Virus record (IMG/VR): IMGVR_UViG_3300025803_000004
Coordinates: 1 to 35,023 of that record
Reading direction: 5' to 3' (one strand)
DNA from: a virus
Taxonomy: Duplodnaviria > Caudoviricetes
Length of the DNA stretch: 35,023 nt
The notes beneath the pieces are model-generated. The model saw only the letters and a program-made list of their open reading frames with translations, made no database searches and was not told the origin of the DNA. The position numbers were made by a program, and so were the translations under genes. Below, piece by piece: positions 25,899-35,023 of this stretch. Position 1 is the stretch's first letter. Each line of letters starts with the position of its first letter.

Positions 25899-25977
25899 TA
25901 TATATATTATATATATAATACATAGTGTATATAATACATAGTGTAATATAAACATAGTGTAATGCCTACATAGTGTA
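25896..25977. repeat. A/T-only tract plus array 2 of (T/A)ACA-TAG-TGTA, 4 copies at 16-bp period
   Basis: Copies at 25919, 25935, 25951 and 25967. Confidence 0.9.
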
Positions 25978-26047
25978 TTACATATATGTTACATACATAA
26001 ATAATAACATATTCTACCTGACATATATTCAGATGAGTAAGTTGAGA

Positions 26048-26070
26048 TACAAAGTTTAAACAAATTATTA
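26048..26070 (+). promoter_or_regulatory. Candidate late promoter TACAA-N12-TTATTA
   Basis: At the head of the tail operon. Confidence 0.55.
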
Positions 26071-26078
26071 ATTATTAT

Positions 26079-26789
26079 ATGGCAAGAAAAACTATTGAGT
26101 TAGAAGTACCTACAACTCTTGAAGATATTAAATTATGGCAATATCAAAAGTATATGAAAGTTGTAGAAGCTCACAAAGACGCTGAAGAAACAGAAGAGTT
26201 AAATAACTTTTTAAATATGAAGCTCGTTGAAATATTTTGTAACGTATCTTTAAAAGATGTTTCTAAAATATCTGTAAGAGGTTATAAAAGAATATTAGAT
26301 ATACTTAACAAAGCATTTGAAGAGAAACCTAAGTTAGTTCAAAGATTTGATTTGGAAGGAGTAGATATGGGTTTTATACCAAAACTAGATGATATAAGTT
26401 TAGGGGAGTATATTGATATTGAAAATAATTTATCTGATTGGCAAAAAATACATAAAGCGATGGCTGTATTATACAGACCAGTTAATTTTAAGTTGAAAGA
26501 TAAATATACTATTGCTCCTTATGAAGTTAAAGAAAACATACAAGAAGTAATGAGAGAGATGCCAATGAATGTAGTGATAAGTTCAATGGTTTTTTTTTAC
26601 GATTTAGGGAAAGCATTACTGAGAGCTATACCGAAATATATGGAGAAGAATCTGGAGAAAAAGAATATGCAACAGCTAGAAGTGTATTTGGAAAAAAATG
26701 GGGATGGTATCAATCAGTTTACGCACTTGCTAAAGGAGACATCAGCAAGTTTGAAGAAGTTACAAAGTTACCACTCTTCCAATGTTTAA
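26079..26789 (+). CDS. Putative tail assembly chaperone (0-frame product)
   Basis: Contains a T9 slippery run at 26590-26598; first gene of the tail operon. Confidence 0.65.
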   Translation: MARKTIELEVPTTLEDIKLWQYQKYMKVVEAHKDAEETEELNNFLNMKLVEIFCNVSLKDVSKISVRGYKRILDILNKAFEEKPKLVQRFDLEGVDMGFIPKLDDISLGEYIDIENNLSDWQKIHKAMAVLYRPVNFKLKDKYTIAPYEVKENIQEVMREMPMNVVISSMVFFYDLGKALLRAIPKYMEKNLEKKNMQQLEVYLEKNGDGINQFTHLLKETSASLKKLQSYHSSNV

Positions 26790-26860
26790 ATTATTTATCA
26801 TTTGAGAAAGAAAAAGTAGAAATAGAAAATCAAGAAATAAAAAAGGCATATAGAACATGA
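26591..26860 (+). CDS. -1 frameshift extension of gene 26079 (GT-like product)
   Basis: Open -1 frame FFLRFRESITESYTEIYG...FGKKWGWYQSVYALAKGD...KAYRT*, with no ATG of its own; its TGA overlaps ATG 26857. Confidence 0.75.
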   Translation, partial: FFLRFRESITESYTEIYGEESGEKEYATARSVFGKKWGWYQSVYALAKGDISKFEEVTKLPLFQCLNYLSFEKEKVEIENQEIKKAYRT

Positions 26861-27348
26861 CAACATATTACGACATATTAGATACACTTAAAACATATCT
26901 TCAAGGTAATTCAAATATTAATACAGTTACAAGTGGAGATATATTTGAAGTAGATTTAGCTAAACAAAGTATTTTTCCTTTGGCACATATAATTGTAAAC
27001 AACTGTACATTTCAAGAGCACGTTGTTGTTTTTAGCATACAGATTATTTGTATGGATGTTGTACATGATACTAATGAAGATGTTAAAGACCAGAACGATT
27101 ATTTTCATGGCATAAATAATAAACAAGATATACAAAACACAATGTTCTTTGTAGTTAATGGATTGCAAAGTGCAATGAGAAGAGGAGAGTTATTTACTAA
27201 TTTATATCAAGTTGAATCAGATTTTTCGGCAAATGTATTTGAAGATAGATTTGAGAATCTACTTGCTGGTTGGTCAATGGAGTTTGATGTAATAGTGCCA
27301 AACAATCAAATATCAGATATTAATGCTAACGGACAATCACCTTGCTAA
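26857..27348 (+). CDS. Putative tail terminator/completion protein
   Basis: 163 aa alpha/beta protein with FPLAHI; located in the tail operon. Confidence 0.55.
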   Translation: MTTYYDILDTLKTYLQGNSNINTVTSGDIFEVDLAKQSIFPLAHIIVNNCTFQEHVVVFSIQIICMDVVHDTNEDVKDQNDYFHGINNKQDIQNTMFFVVNGLQSAMRRGELFTNLYQVESDFSANVFEDRFENLLAGWSMEFDVIVPNNQISDINANGQSPC

Positions 27349-27929
27349 TGAGTTTTAGATTTAAAAATACAGAAGCATATTTAACTAATTATACAAAAAA
27401 ATTACTTGTATTAACTAGACAAGAAATACTTAATCCACAAAAAAGGACATATAGAAGTAAATTATTTGGCAATAGAACAATTAATGCACCAATAAATTCA
27501 AGTGGTAGTTTGAGAAATAGTTTAAGGTTACAAAAGAAATTAGACAATGAAATAAGTCAGCAAGGTTTTATTGCAAATCAATCTTTTAGAATAGTTGGTA
27601 ATTCTTATGGAGAAATATTAGATGAAGGTGGTAGTCCTCAAAAAGTTAAAGCTACTGTTTCAGGTTTAGAAAAATGGATAAATAAGAAACCAGTAAAGCT
27701 AGAAAAAATAAAAGATGCTACAAAAGTTGCTGAATATATGAAAAGAAAAATAGACAGATATGGTGTTCAAGGAACAGGATTTTTGCAGAAAGTTGTAGAT
27801 AAACAATTTAATAGCATTATGGGTATTTTACCAAGTATAACAGAAGATATAGAATTTAATCTTGAAGACATTTTAATAACATTAGGTTATGATAAAAAAG
27901 GAGAAACATTTACAAGAAAAATAAAATGA
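27348..27929 (+). CDS. Putative neck/tail completion protein (start probably 27348)
   Basis: SGSLRNSL...YGEILDEG...GVQGTGFL, typical of virion morphogenesis proteins. Confidence 0.55.
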   Translation: MSFRFKNTEAYLTNYTKKLLVLTRQEILNPQKRTYRSKLFGNRTINAPINSSGSLRNSLRLQKKLDNEISQQGFIANQSFRIVGNSYGEILDEGGSPQKVKATVSGLEKWINKKPVKLEKIKDATKVAEYMKRKIDRYGVQGTGFLQKVVDKQFNSIMGILPSITEDIEFNLEDILITLGYDKKGETFTRKIK

Positions 27930-29284
27930 GTACAGTAATAAACACAAGAAGTCCATATTATTTTAAAGTATCTAATGCAAACTTAGATTCTGTTAAATTA
28001 CAATTATATATTTGGACTGGAACACACGCACAAAGAACAAGTGCTTATTTAAGATATACTATAACTAAAGACCAAAGACTAGATGAGCTAGACAGAGGAA
28101 CAACAAGCTCAACAACTGCTAATAAATTAGTTGATAGTACACAAAACTTTAATACTACAGCACAAGTTGGTAGCTTTGTAAAAAATACAACAGATAATAC
28201 TACAGCTAGTGTTACTGCTATTGATAGCGATTCTACATTATCATTAAGTGCAGATATTATGGCTTCTGGTGAAAACTATATATTATTTGCCAAACCATAT
28301 GTTGTATTTGAATTAAGTGAACTTATAAGAGATTATTTAGAAACAGAATATAATAATTATGCTACTGATACAGTTTGGGTAGATGCAGATATTACTATAT
28401 ACAATTCAAGTGGAACTATTGTTCAAGTAAATAGTCAAGATACAAATACAAGTACGTTTTTAGGTGTAGATGGTTATGGATATTTTGAAGATGGAACAAA
28501 TCCTAGAGAAACAACAACTCCTATGGTTTTACAAGATAATACAGATGTTTATTATTTTGATGGGCAAGATATAAAAATACCTGTGTTTGCAGAAGCTCTA
28601 CCATTAGTTACACTTACGTCTTCAGCAGGTGCTAATATAAATTGGGAAGCTGCTAATGATTTTTGGGAAACTAATGATTCTACTTGGGGTTCTGGTACAA
28701 CACCAATACAAATTGCTGATAATGGAAATACTAATCAAAAAATACAATATATAATTATTGAAGATACAGCAACATTAAATGATGGTGATACAGTTACTTT
28801 TGACACTTCAGTAAGTGGATATACAGATACAATAATTACATTGAAAAAAGTAAACGAATGTAAATTCAGTCCATTGAATGTAATATTCTATAATAAATAT
28901 GGAGCACTACAAAACTTATGGTTCTTCAAGAAGTCTATTACAAATATCAATATAACATCAGAGAAGTTTAAAAATAATATTTTAGATATAGAAAACTCAG
29001 GAGGGACACCTTCTTATGCTTTAAGTAAACATCAAGAAAAGAAATTTATGGCAAACGGAAAAGAATCTATTACAATGAATACTGGATTCTATCCTCAAAG
29101 TTATAATGAGGTTGTTAGACAAAAGATGTTAGCAGAACAAGTTTGGGTTGATGACTTATCAAATGTATTGCCAATAAACCTAAAATCTAATTCATTACAG
29201 TTTAAAAAGTCAGTAAATGATAAACTGATTACTTATACAGTTCAATTTGATTATGCGTTTGATAAGATAAATAATATTTTATAA
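27926..29284 (+). CDS. Tail structural protein (tail tip region)
   Basis: 452 aa; C-terminal FYNKYGALQ..WFFKKS. Confidence 0.6.
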   Translation: MSTVINTRSPYYFKVSNANLDSVKLQLYIWTGTHAQRTSAYLRYTITKDQRLDELDRGTTSSTTANKLVDSTQNFNTTAQVGSFVKNTTDNTTASVTAIDSDSTLSLSADIMASGENYILFAKPYVVFELSELIRDYLETEYNNYATDTVWVDADITIYNSSGTIVQVNSQDTNTSTFLGVDGYGYFEDGTNPRETTTPMVLQDNTDVYYFDGQDIKIPVFAEALPLVTLTSSAGANINWEAANDFWETNDSTWGSGTTPIQIADNGNTNQKIQYIIIEDTATLNDGDTVTFDTSVSGYTDTIITLKKVNECKFSPLNVIFYNKYGALQNLWFFKKSITNINITSEKFKNNILDIENSGGTPSYALSKHQEKKFMANGKESITMNTGFYPQSYNEVVRQKMLAEQVWVDDLSNVLPINLKSNSLQFKKSVNDKLITYTVQFDYAFDKINNIL

Positions 29285-31521
29285 TGCAAAAAATAGTTTT
29301 ATATATAAAAGACAACGATGATGTATATCGTAGGATTGATATGTTTGATGATGAAACAATAAATCTAACATCAAAGATTCAAGATGTAAAAGATATAGGA
29401 AAAGTATTTACTGATTTTAGTGAAACATTTACAGTTCCAGCTTCAAGAGAAAACAATAAAGTATTTCAACATTGGTATAAATATGAAATAGATAATGGTT
29501 TTGATGCTAGAACAAGAAAAGATGCCATTATGGAAATGGACTTTAATCCATTTAAAAGAGGTAAAATATCATTAGAAAATGTAAAGCTAAGAGACAATAA
29601 ACCTTTTTCATATACAGTTGTTTTTTATGGCAACCTTATAAACTTAAAAGATTTACTTAAAGATGATAAAATACAAGACCTACCACAACTAGATGATTAT
29701 ACACATGATTATAATAATACTAATGTTAAGGTAGGATTACAAAGTGGATTATCTTCAGGTAAAGTAATATATCCATTAATTTCACACACTAAAAGATTTT
29801 ATTATGATTCAGCACAATCAACTCCAGAATATAGCGGAAACTTGTATTATAATACTACTGCCAATAATATTGGATTGGCTTTTGATGATTTAAAACCTGC
29901 TGTAAAATGTTTAACAATAATTGAAGCTATAGAAAATAAATATACAACAACAAATGGCTATCCTTCAAATATTGTATTTACTAGAGACTTTTTTGGAACA
30001 ACTCCTTTTTCTAATTTATTTTTATGGTTTAGTAGAAACAAAGGAAAGATAGGAGGAGATGAAAACCAAGAAGAATTACTTACTCGTATTTGTGGAGACT
30101 GGGGTTTTTCTTCAGGAGATTTAGGATTTGCTGTTGATGGAGATACTTGGACTTTCTCAGTAGGAAATGGAGACAGAAGTTATAAAGGGGTACTTACTGT
30201 TACTACTGCTGGTGCAAATCAAAATATACCATTTAAAATGAAAGCTATTGATTATGTAAGTGGTAATACTTTAATAGAATCTAGCCAACAAGCAGGTGCT
30301 AGTAGAAGTATTACTTTTGAAGTAGCTGCTAGTTTTAGTTCAACTAATTATCAAGTTAAATGGATTATTGAATCTAATACAGCTATTTCATTTACACCAA
30401 GTATAGAATTAACAGAATTTATTGTTAATCCATTAACAGGAACGCCAACAGGTCAAAATGTGGCAACTTGGAATATTGATGGAAGTGGCAATTCAATATC
30501 TACAGTTAGTGAAATTATTATAACACAAAATGCTCCAGACATAAAAGTTATAGACTTTTTATCAGGATTATTTAAGATGTTTAATTTAACTGCTTATTAT
30601 GTTGATGATGTAGGTGATGCTGATTTTGGTAAAATAAAAGTAGATACTTTAGATAATTTTTATGCTGATAGAGTAAATAATCCATCGGAAGGAGAATGGG
30701 ATATAACTAAGTTTGTTGATACATCAAGATTACAAATAGACAGAGCTTTTGAATATAATGAAATAGATTTTAGCTATCAAGAACCAAGCACTTTACTTTC
30801 TATAAATCATCAAGAACAATTTAATGACATATTTGGTGATGAAGAGGTTAGACCACAAAATATAGATAGAGGAACTATTTATGATGTTGAAGTGCCTTTT
30901 GAACACATGAAATTTGAAAGAATTATTGATGCTAATCAATCAGGCACAAGTCCATATTCAGCAGTTACATCTCCAGCAGCATATATAACAGATATATTAT
31001 GGGGATATTCTGCCGCAGGTGAATTTACATCAGATACAGATGTTACACCTAATACTGGTAATTATGAAGCTGTATTGACAAAACCATTAGTGTTTTATGC
31101 AATTCAAGAAACAGGATTGACTTCTGCAAAAGGAATTAAATGGATTTCTGATGGCACACCTATTTCTTTAACACAATATTATAGACCATCAAATACAAAC
31201 GAAGATGCAACAACTTCAACTGCTGCTGCATTTACAATTAATTTTGATGATGAAATAGATGAATGGAACTTAACTAATTATGGTGGAACAACTAATTCAT
31301 TATTTAAAAAGTTTTATGCTACTTATATAAACGGAATATTTAATGAGAAAAAAAGATTGTTTAAACTTAAAGCATATTTATCTACAGATATTTTGGCAAA
31401 CTATAGATTAAACGATGAGCTTGTGATACAAGATAAGACCTTTCGTATTAATTCTATAGAGACAAACTTTAATACTGAGGTTAGTAATTTAGAACTTTTA
31501 AATAAATTAACAGATGATTAG
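29284..31521 (+). CDS. Large tail structural protein (hub/tip-like)
   Basis: 745 aa; FTDFSETFTVPAS..NN.VFQHWY N-terminus; upstream of the tape measure gene. Confidence 0.65.
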   Translation: MQKIVLYIKDNDDVYRRIDMFDDETINLTSKIQDVKDIGKVFTDFSETFTVPASRENNKVFQHWYKYEIDNGFDARTRKDAIMEMDFNPFKRGKISLENVKLRDNKPFSYTVVFYGNLINLKDLLKDDKIQDLPQLDDYTHDYNNTNVKVGLQSGLSSGKVIYPLISHTKRFYYDSAQSTPEYSGNLYYNTTANNIGLAFDDLKPAVKCLTIIEAIENKYTTTNGYPSNIVFTRDFFGTTPFSNLFLWFSRNKGKIGGDENQEELLTRICGDWGFSSGDLGFAVDGDTWTFSVGNGDRSYKGVLTVTTAGANQNIPFKMKAIDYVSGNTLIESSQQAGASRSITFEVAASFSSTNYQVKWIIESNTAISFTPSIELTEFIVNPLTGTPTGQNVATWNIDGSGNSISTVSEIIITQNAPDIKVIDFLSGLFKMFNLTAYYVDDVGDADFGKIKVDTLDNFYADRVNNPSEGEWDITKFVDTSRLQIDRAFEYNEIDFSYQEPSTLLSINHQEQFNDIFGDEEVRPQNIDRGTIYDVEVPFEHMKFERIIDANQSGTSPYSAVTSPAAYITDILWGYSAAGEFTSDTDVTPNTGNYEAVLTKPLVFYAIQETGLTSAKGIKWISDGTPISLTQYYRPSNTNEDATTSTAAAFTINFDDEIDEWNLTNYGGTTNSLFKKFYATYINGIFNEKKRLFKLKAYLSTDILANYRLNDELVIQDKTFRINSIETNFNTEVSNLELLNKLTDD

Positions 31522-31660
31522 AAATATAATAGACTTGTTAAATGCTTCTGATTGGTACGGAGAAGATGAGTTAATTGAAATTGCCAAAGGCAAATATTCT
31601 GCTGTTGGTAATTATAAAGAAATGAAAGAACAATTAAAACGATTGAGACATGGCAAGTAA
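31514..31660 (+). CDS. 48 aa micro-ORF (not in ORF track)
   Basis: MIRNIIDLLNASDWYGEDELIEIAKGKY..., overlapping both neighbours. Confidence 0.7.
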   Translation: MIRNIIDLLNASDWYGEDELIEIAKGKYSAVGNYKEMKEQLKRLRHGK

Positions 31661-33263
31661 AAAAATATTAATACAAGTAGATTTACAAACTAAAGGAGTT
31701 GATATTAGTGCTAATAAAGTAGTAAAAAGTATTAATCAAATGGAGGGTGCTCAAGCTAAGTTAATTGAAACCCAAAAAAAAGGTAGAGCTCAGTCTGGAT
31801 TAAATAACGCTATATTACTAGAAACAGGTCGTTTAGCTTCAGATGCTTCTTTTGGTTTTACAGCTATTGCCAACAACTTATCTCAGGTTGTTACTTTAAT
31901 GTCAAGTTTTATTGAAACAAACGGAAGTGCTATTGCATCTTTCAAAGAGTTAGGAAAGTCATTATTAGGAACTGGAGGGTTTTTAATTATTGTACAACTC
32001 CTAATTTCATTTGGTCCTAAATTATGGGATATGCTTACTGGAACTACACAAAGAGTTAAGGACTTAAAAAAAGCATATGAAGATGCAGCTAACGCAGCAG
32101 GAGAACAAGTAGGAAAAATAGAAGCCTTAACAAATGTGTTAAATTCTTCAACACAATCAACTTTTGAGAAAAAACAAGCTCTTGATGAATTGAATAGAAG
32201 TCATCAAAAACTAAACTTAGAATTAGATGAAGAAGGTAAATTAACAGAAGAATCTAATATAAAAATAAAACAATATATAGAAGTTATAAAGCAAAAAGCA
32301 AAAGCTCAGGCATTATTATCTTTAGTACAAAAAGAATATACTAAACTTATTGAAATGGAAAATGAGGAAGTTGGAGAAAATCTAACTTTCTGGGACAAAG
32401 TTAAAGCAAAACTTACTATTAGAAAAGATTATAATTATCAAAATATAATAGAGGAAAAATCATTAGAAAAAAGAAAAGAAACCACAAAAGAAGTACAAGA
32501 AAACATTGATAAATTACTTGCTTCATTTAATACATTAGACGTTACAGGATTTGAAGCAGATGTTGTTGATGCAGTAAACTCTCTTAAATCATTTAGAGAC
32601 GTAGTAACAGACGAAACATTATTTGACAGAAAAACAGGTGTACAAATAATGGCTGAAAAAGAATTAGATACTATTGCTGAAACAGCTCTTGATGGACTAA
32701 AAATAAGAGCAAACACATTAAAAGAAAATGATAAAAGACAGAGAAAAGCATCTAAGGATTCTATAAAACTAGCAGAAATAGAATCTGAATCTAAAATACA
32801 AGCATATCAAGACACAGGAAATGCTTTAATGGCATTAAGTCAATTAGCTGGTAAAGAAACAGGAACAGGTAAAACATTAGCTATTGCAGCAACTTTAATA
32901 TCAACTTATGCCGCAGCACAGAAAGCATATCAAAGTCAATTTGAATTACCAACACCTGATGCACCAGTTAGAGCAGCTATTGCGGCAGCAGCAGCTATTG
33001 CTCAAGGTTTAGCAAATGTAGCTGCTATAAGAAAAGTTCAAACTCCAGCAGGAGCAGGTGGCGGTGGTGGCGGACAAACAGGAACGCCAACAACAGTAGA
33101 AGCACCAGACTTTAATGTTGTAGGAACAGGAGGAGCATCACAATTAGCTGCTGGATTAGCAGGTATTACAGGAAGACCAATAAAAGCATTTGTTGTTAGT
33201 AAAGAAATATCATCAGCTCAAGAGCTTGACAGAAATATTACAAACAATGCACAAATAGATTAA
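31650..33263 (+). CDS. Tape measure protein
   Basis: 537 aa, helical with hydrophobic segments, Ala/Gly-rich C-terminus. Confidence 0.75.
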   Translation: MASKKILIQVDLQTKGVDISANKVVKSINQMEGAQAKLIETQKKGRAQSGLNNAILLETGRLASDASFGFTAIANNLSQVVTLMSSFIETNGSAIASFKELGKSLLGTGGFLIIVQLLISFGPKLWDMLTGTTQRVKDLKKAYEDAANAAGEQVGKIEALTNVLNSSTQSTFEKKQALDELNRSHQKLNLELDEEGKLTEESNIKIKQYIEVIKQKAKAQALLSLVQKEYTKLIEMENEEVGENLTFWDKVKAKLTIRKDYNYQNIIEEKSLEKRKETTKEVQENIDKLLASFNTLDVTGFEADVVDAVNSLKSFRDVVTDETLFDRKTGVQIMAEKELDTIAETALDGLKIRANTLKENDKRQRKASKDSIKLAEIESESKIQAYQDTGNALMALSQLAGKETGTGKTLAIAATLISTYAAAQKAYQSQFELPTPDAPVRAAIAAAAAIAQGLANVAAIRKVQTPAGAGGGGGGQTGTPTTVEAPDFNVVGTGGASQLAAGLAGITGRPIKAFVVSKEISSAQELDRNITNNAQID

Positions 33264-33282
33264 TTATAAAAATAGATTCAAT

Positions 33283-34614
33283 ATGAAAATAGTAGAATTA
33301 TTAATAGATGAAGAACAATTATTATCTGGCATAGAAGCCATATCTATTGTGGACCAACCTGCAATAGAAGAGAACTTTATTGCTTTATCAAAACAGCATG
33401 AAGTTAAACTTGCACAAGTAGATGAAGAGAAAAGAATATTAATGGGTGCTGCATTAGTGCCAGACAAAAACATATATAGAAAAGATGGTGAAGATGAATA
33501 TTATATATATTTCTCAAAAGATACTGTAAGAAAAGCATCTCAATTATTTTTAATGAGAGGTAATCAAAATAAATCTACATTAGAGCATCAAGCTGAATTG
33601 CATGGATTATCTGTAGTTGAATCTTGGATTATAGAAGATGAAATACACGATAAGTCAAGAAAGTATGATATGGATTTACCTGTAGGAACTTGGATGGTTT
33701 CTATGAAAGTAAATAACGATGAAGTATGGGATAAATATGTAAAAACTGGATTAGTAAAAGGATTTTCTATTGAAGGATATTTTACAGATAAATTACAAAT
33801 GTCTGCTATAAACGATATAGAAGATGAAGAAGAAGCAAGAGAAATATTATTAGAGATTGCCAATTCAATACTAGATAATAAATATGAATTAAAAACATAT
33901 AGTGATTATGGAAGCGGTGTTAGAAATAATGCTAAAAGAGGTATTGAACTAAATAAAAAAGTAAATAATAAATGCGCTACTTCTGTAGGAAAAGTTAGAG
34001 CTCAACAATTAGCTAGAGGGGAGAAGCTATCTGTTGGCACTATAAAAAGAATGTATTCATATTTAAGTAGAGCAGAAACTTATTACGATGCTAATGACAC
34101 TAAAGCGTGTGGAACTATATCATATTTGTTATGGGGTGGTAAAGCAGGATTAAACTGGTCAAGAGGTAAACTAAGAGAACTTGGAGAACTAGATTTAGCA
34201 GAAGTTGGACCAGAAGGAGGAATAAAATCAAGTCCTAAAGCACCTAAATCTGATACGCCTAATCCTAATCCTAAAGGAAAAGGAACAGCTAAAGGTGATG
34301 CTTCAGGTAAAAAAGGAGCTAAGGTTTCTGCAAAAGATAGAGAAGCATTACAAAAAAAAGCAGATGACTTTAATAAAAGATATAAAGAAAAATTAGGTTA
34401 TGGTATAACTGTAGGTATGTTGGCATCAGTATTTCAAAGAGGTCTTGGTGCTTTCAACACAAGTCATTCACCTAATGTAAAATCAGCTTTACAATGGGCA
34501 CACGCCAGAGTTAACGCTTTTATGTATTTGGTAAGAAATGGAAGACCAGAAAATGCCAAGTACACTACAGATTATGATTTATTACCAACTAAACATCCAA
34601 AAAGCAAAAAATGA
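33283..34614 (+). CDS. Prohead protease (XkdF-like) with two extra C-terminal domains
   Basis: AISIVDQPAIEENF, GTWMVSMKV, VKTGLVKGFSIEG; precedes scaffold/capsid on the circle. Confidence 0.75.
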   Translation: MKIVELLIDEEQLLSGIEAISIVDQPAIEENFIALSKQHEVKLAQVDEEKRILMGAALVPDKNIYRKDGEDEYYIYFSKDTVRKASQLFLMRGNQNKSTLEHQAELHGLSVVESWIIEDEIHDKSRKYDMDLPVGTWMVSMKVNNDEVWDKYVKTGLVKGFSIEGYFTDKLQMSAINDIEDEEEAREILLEIANSILDNKYELKTYSDYGSGVRNNAKRGIELNKKVNNKCATSVGKVRAQQLARGEKLSVGTIKRMYSYLSRAETYYDANDTKACGTISYLLWGGKAGLNWSRGKLRELGELDLAEVGPEGGIKSSPKAPKSDTPNPNPKGKGTAKGDASGKKGAKVSAKDREALQKKADDFNKRYKEKLGYGITVGMLASVFQRGLGAFNTSHSPNVKSALQWAHARVNAFMYLVRNGRPENAKYTTDYDLLPTKHPKSKK

Positions 34615-34820
34615 AAAAGACAAATGAAACATTAGGAAGAAATGTTCCAAATAACGGAAGAAGAGGTTGTCTTTGTAAAGATGGTAAAACATATTCAAGA
34701 AAATGTTGTGATGGAACTTTAAGAGCTCAAGGTATTGGAAGAATAACAGGAATAGGAGTTTTACTTCTTGAATCTGGAGCAAATTTATTACAAGAAAATG
34801 GAAATAATATAATACTATAA
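34611..34820 (+). CDS. Small Cys-rich putative virion protein
   Basis: GCLCKDGKTYSRKCCDG and a C-terminal LLLESG.NLLQENG repeat. Confidence 0.7.
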   Translation: MKKTNETLGRNVPNNGRRGCLCKDGKTYSRKCCDGTLRAQGIGRITGIGVLLLESGANLLQENGNNIIL

Positions 34821-34823
34821 ATA

Positions 34824-35023
34824 ATGTCAAAAAAAATATCTCAATTAAATGCAGCTACAGAATTACAAGGACCAGAAACTTTTGCAGTAGTTCAAAGTAG
34901 CGAAACTAAAAAAGCAACTATAAGTCAAGTTATAAATTATATTCATAACACAGATATTACTGCTTCTGATGGTGTTAATCTTGATTTAGACGATTCTCTT
35001 TATGATGACTCAAGAATGATTAA
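34824..35023 (+). CDS. 5' part of the junction-spanning gene (continues to 389)
   Basis: Open frame from ATG 34824 to the window end. Confidence 0.8.
   Translation, partial: MSKKISQLNAATELQGPETFAVVQSSETKKATISQVINYIHNTDITASDGVNLDLDDSLYDDSRMI
34888..35023. repeat. Terminal direct repeat, right copy
   Basis: Identical to 1-136. Confidence 0.97.

Noticed and set aside
25919-25977. CRISPR array
   Set aside because: 11-bp repeat with 5-bp spacers; iteron-like instead.
1309-34830. All minus-strand ORFs in the track
   Set aside because: They are short shadows of well-supported + genes or repeats, with no recognisable motifs.

Overview
The window looks like one complete, circularly assembled genome of a tailed (siphovirus-like) phage. 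Bases 1-136 repeat exactly at 34888-35023, giving a 34,887 bp unit. It is very AT-rich and all credible genes are on the + strand. TTG..TAnn(T/A)TTG promoters, A-rich start regions without obvious Shine-Dalgarno motifs and the gene content point to a Bacteroidota (Flavobacteriia-like) host; this is inference. Modules: a structural/lysis block running 26079 -> junction -> 11472; a replication/transcription block (ERF recombinase, SSB-like, wHTH initiator-like, primase-helicase, nucleases, sigma factor); terminase; and an early region (19.8-25.2 kb) packed with micro-ORFs. I recognise no integrase, DNA polymerase, tRNA or CRISPR array. The most unusual signals are non-coding. (1) Four intergenic + strand elements, three just upstream of terminators and one in the loop of a 19-bp hairpin, are antisense to the start-codon regions of other genes in this phage, suggesting an anti-translation-start sRNA network; two are preceded by a triple AATTYAAT motif. 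(2) Two XerCD dif-like sites in direct orientation bracket a 2.37 kb early-gene cassette. (3) Two separate arrays of a TACA-N3-TGTA palindrome. (4) A -1 frameshift with a long dual-coding overlap. (5) A WACAA-N12-TWATTA candidate late promoter. All product calls come from motif recognition by eye; no searches were run.
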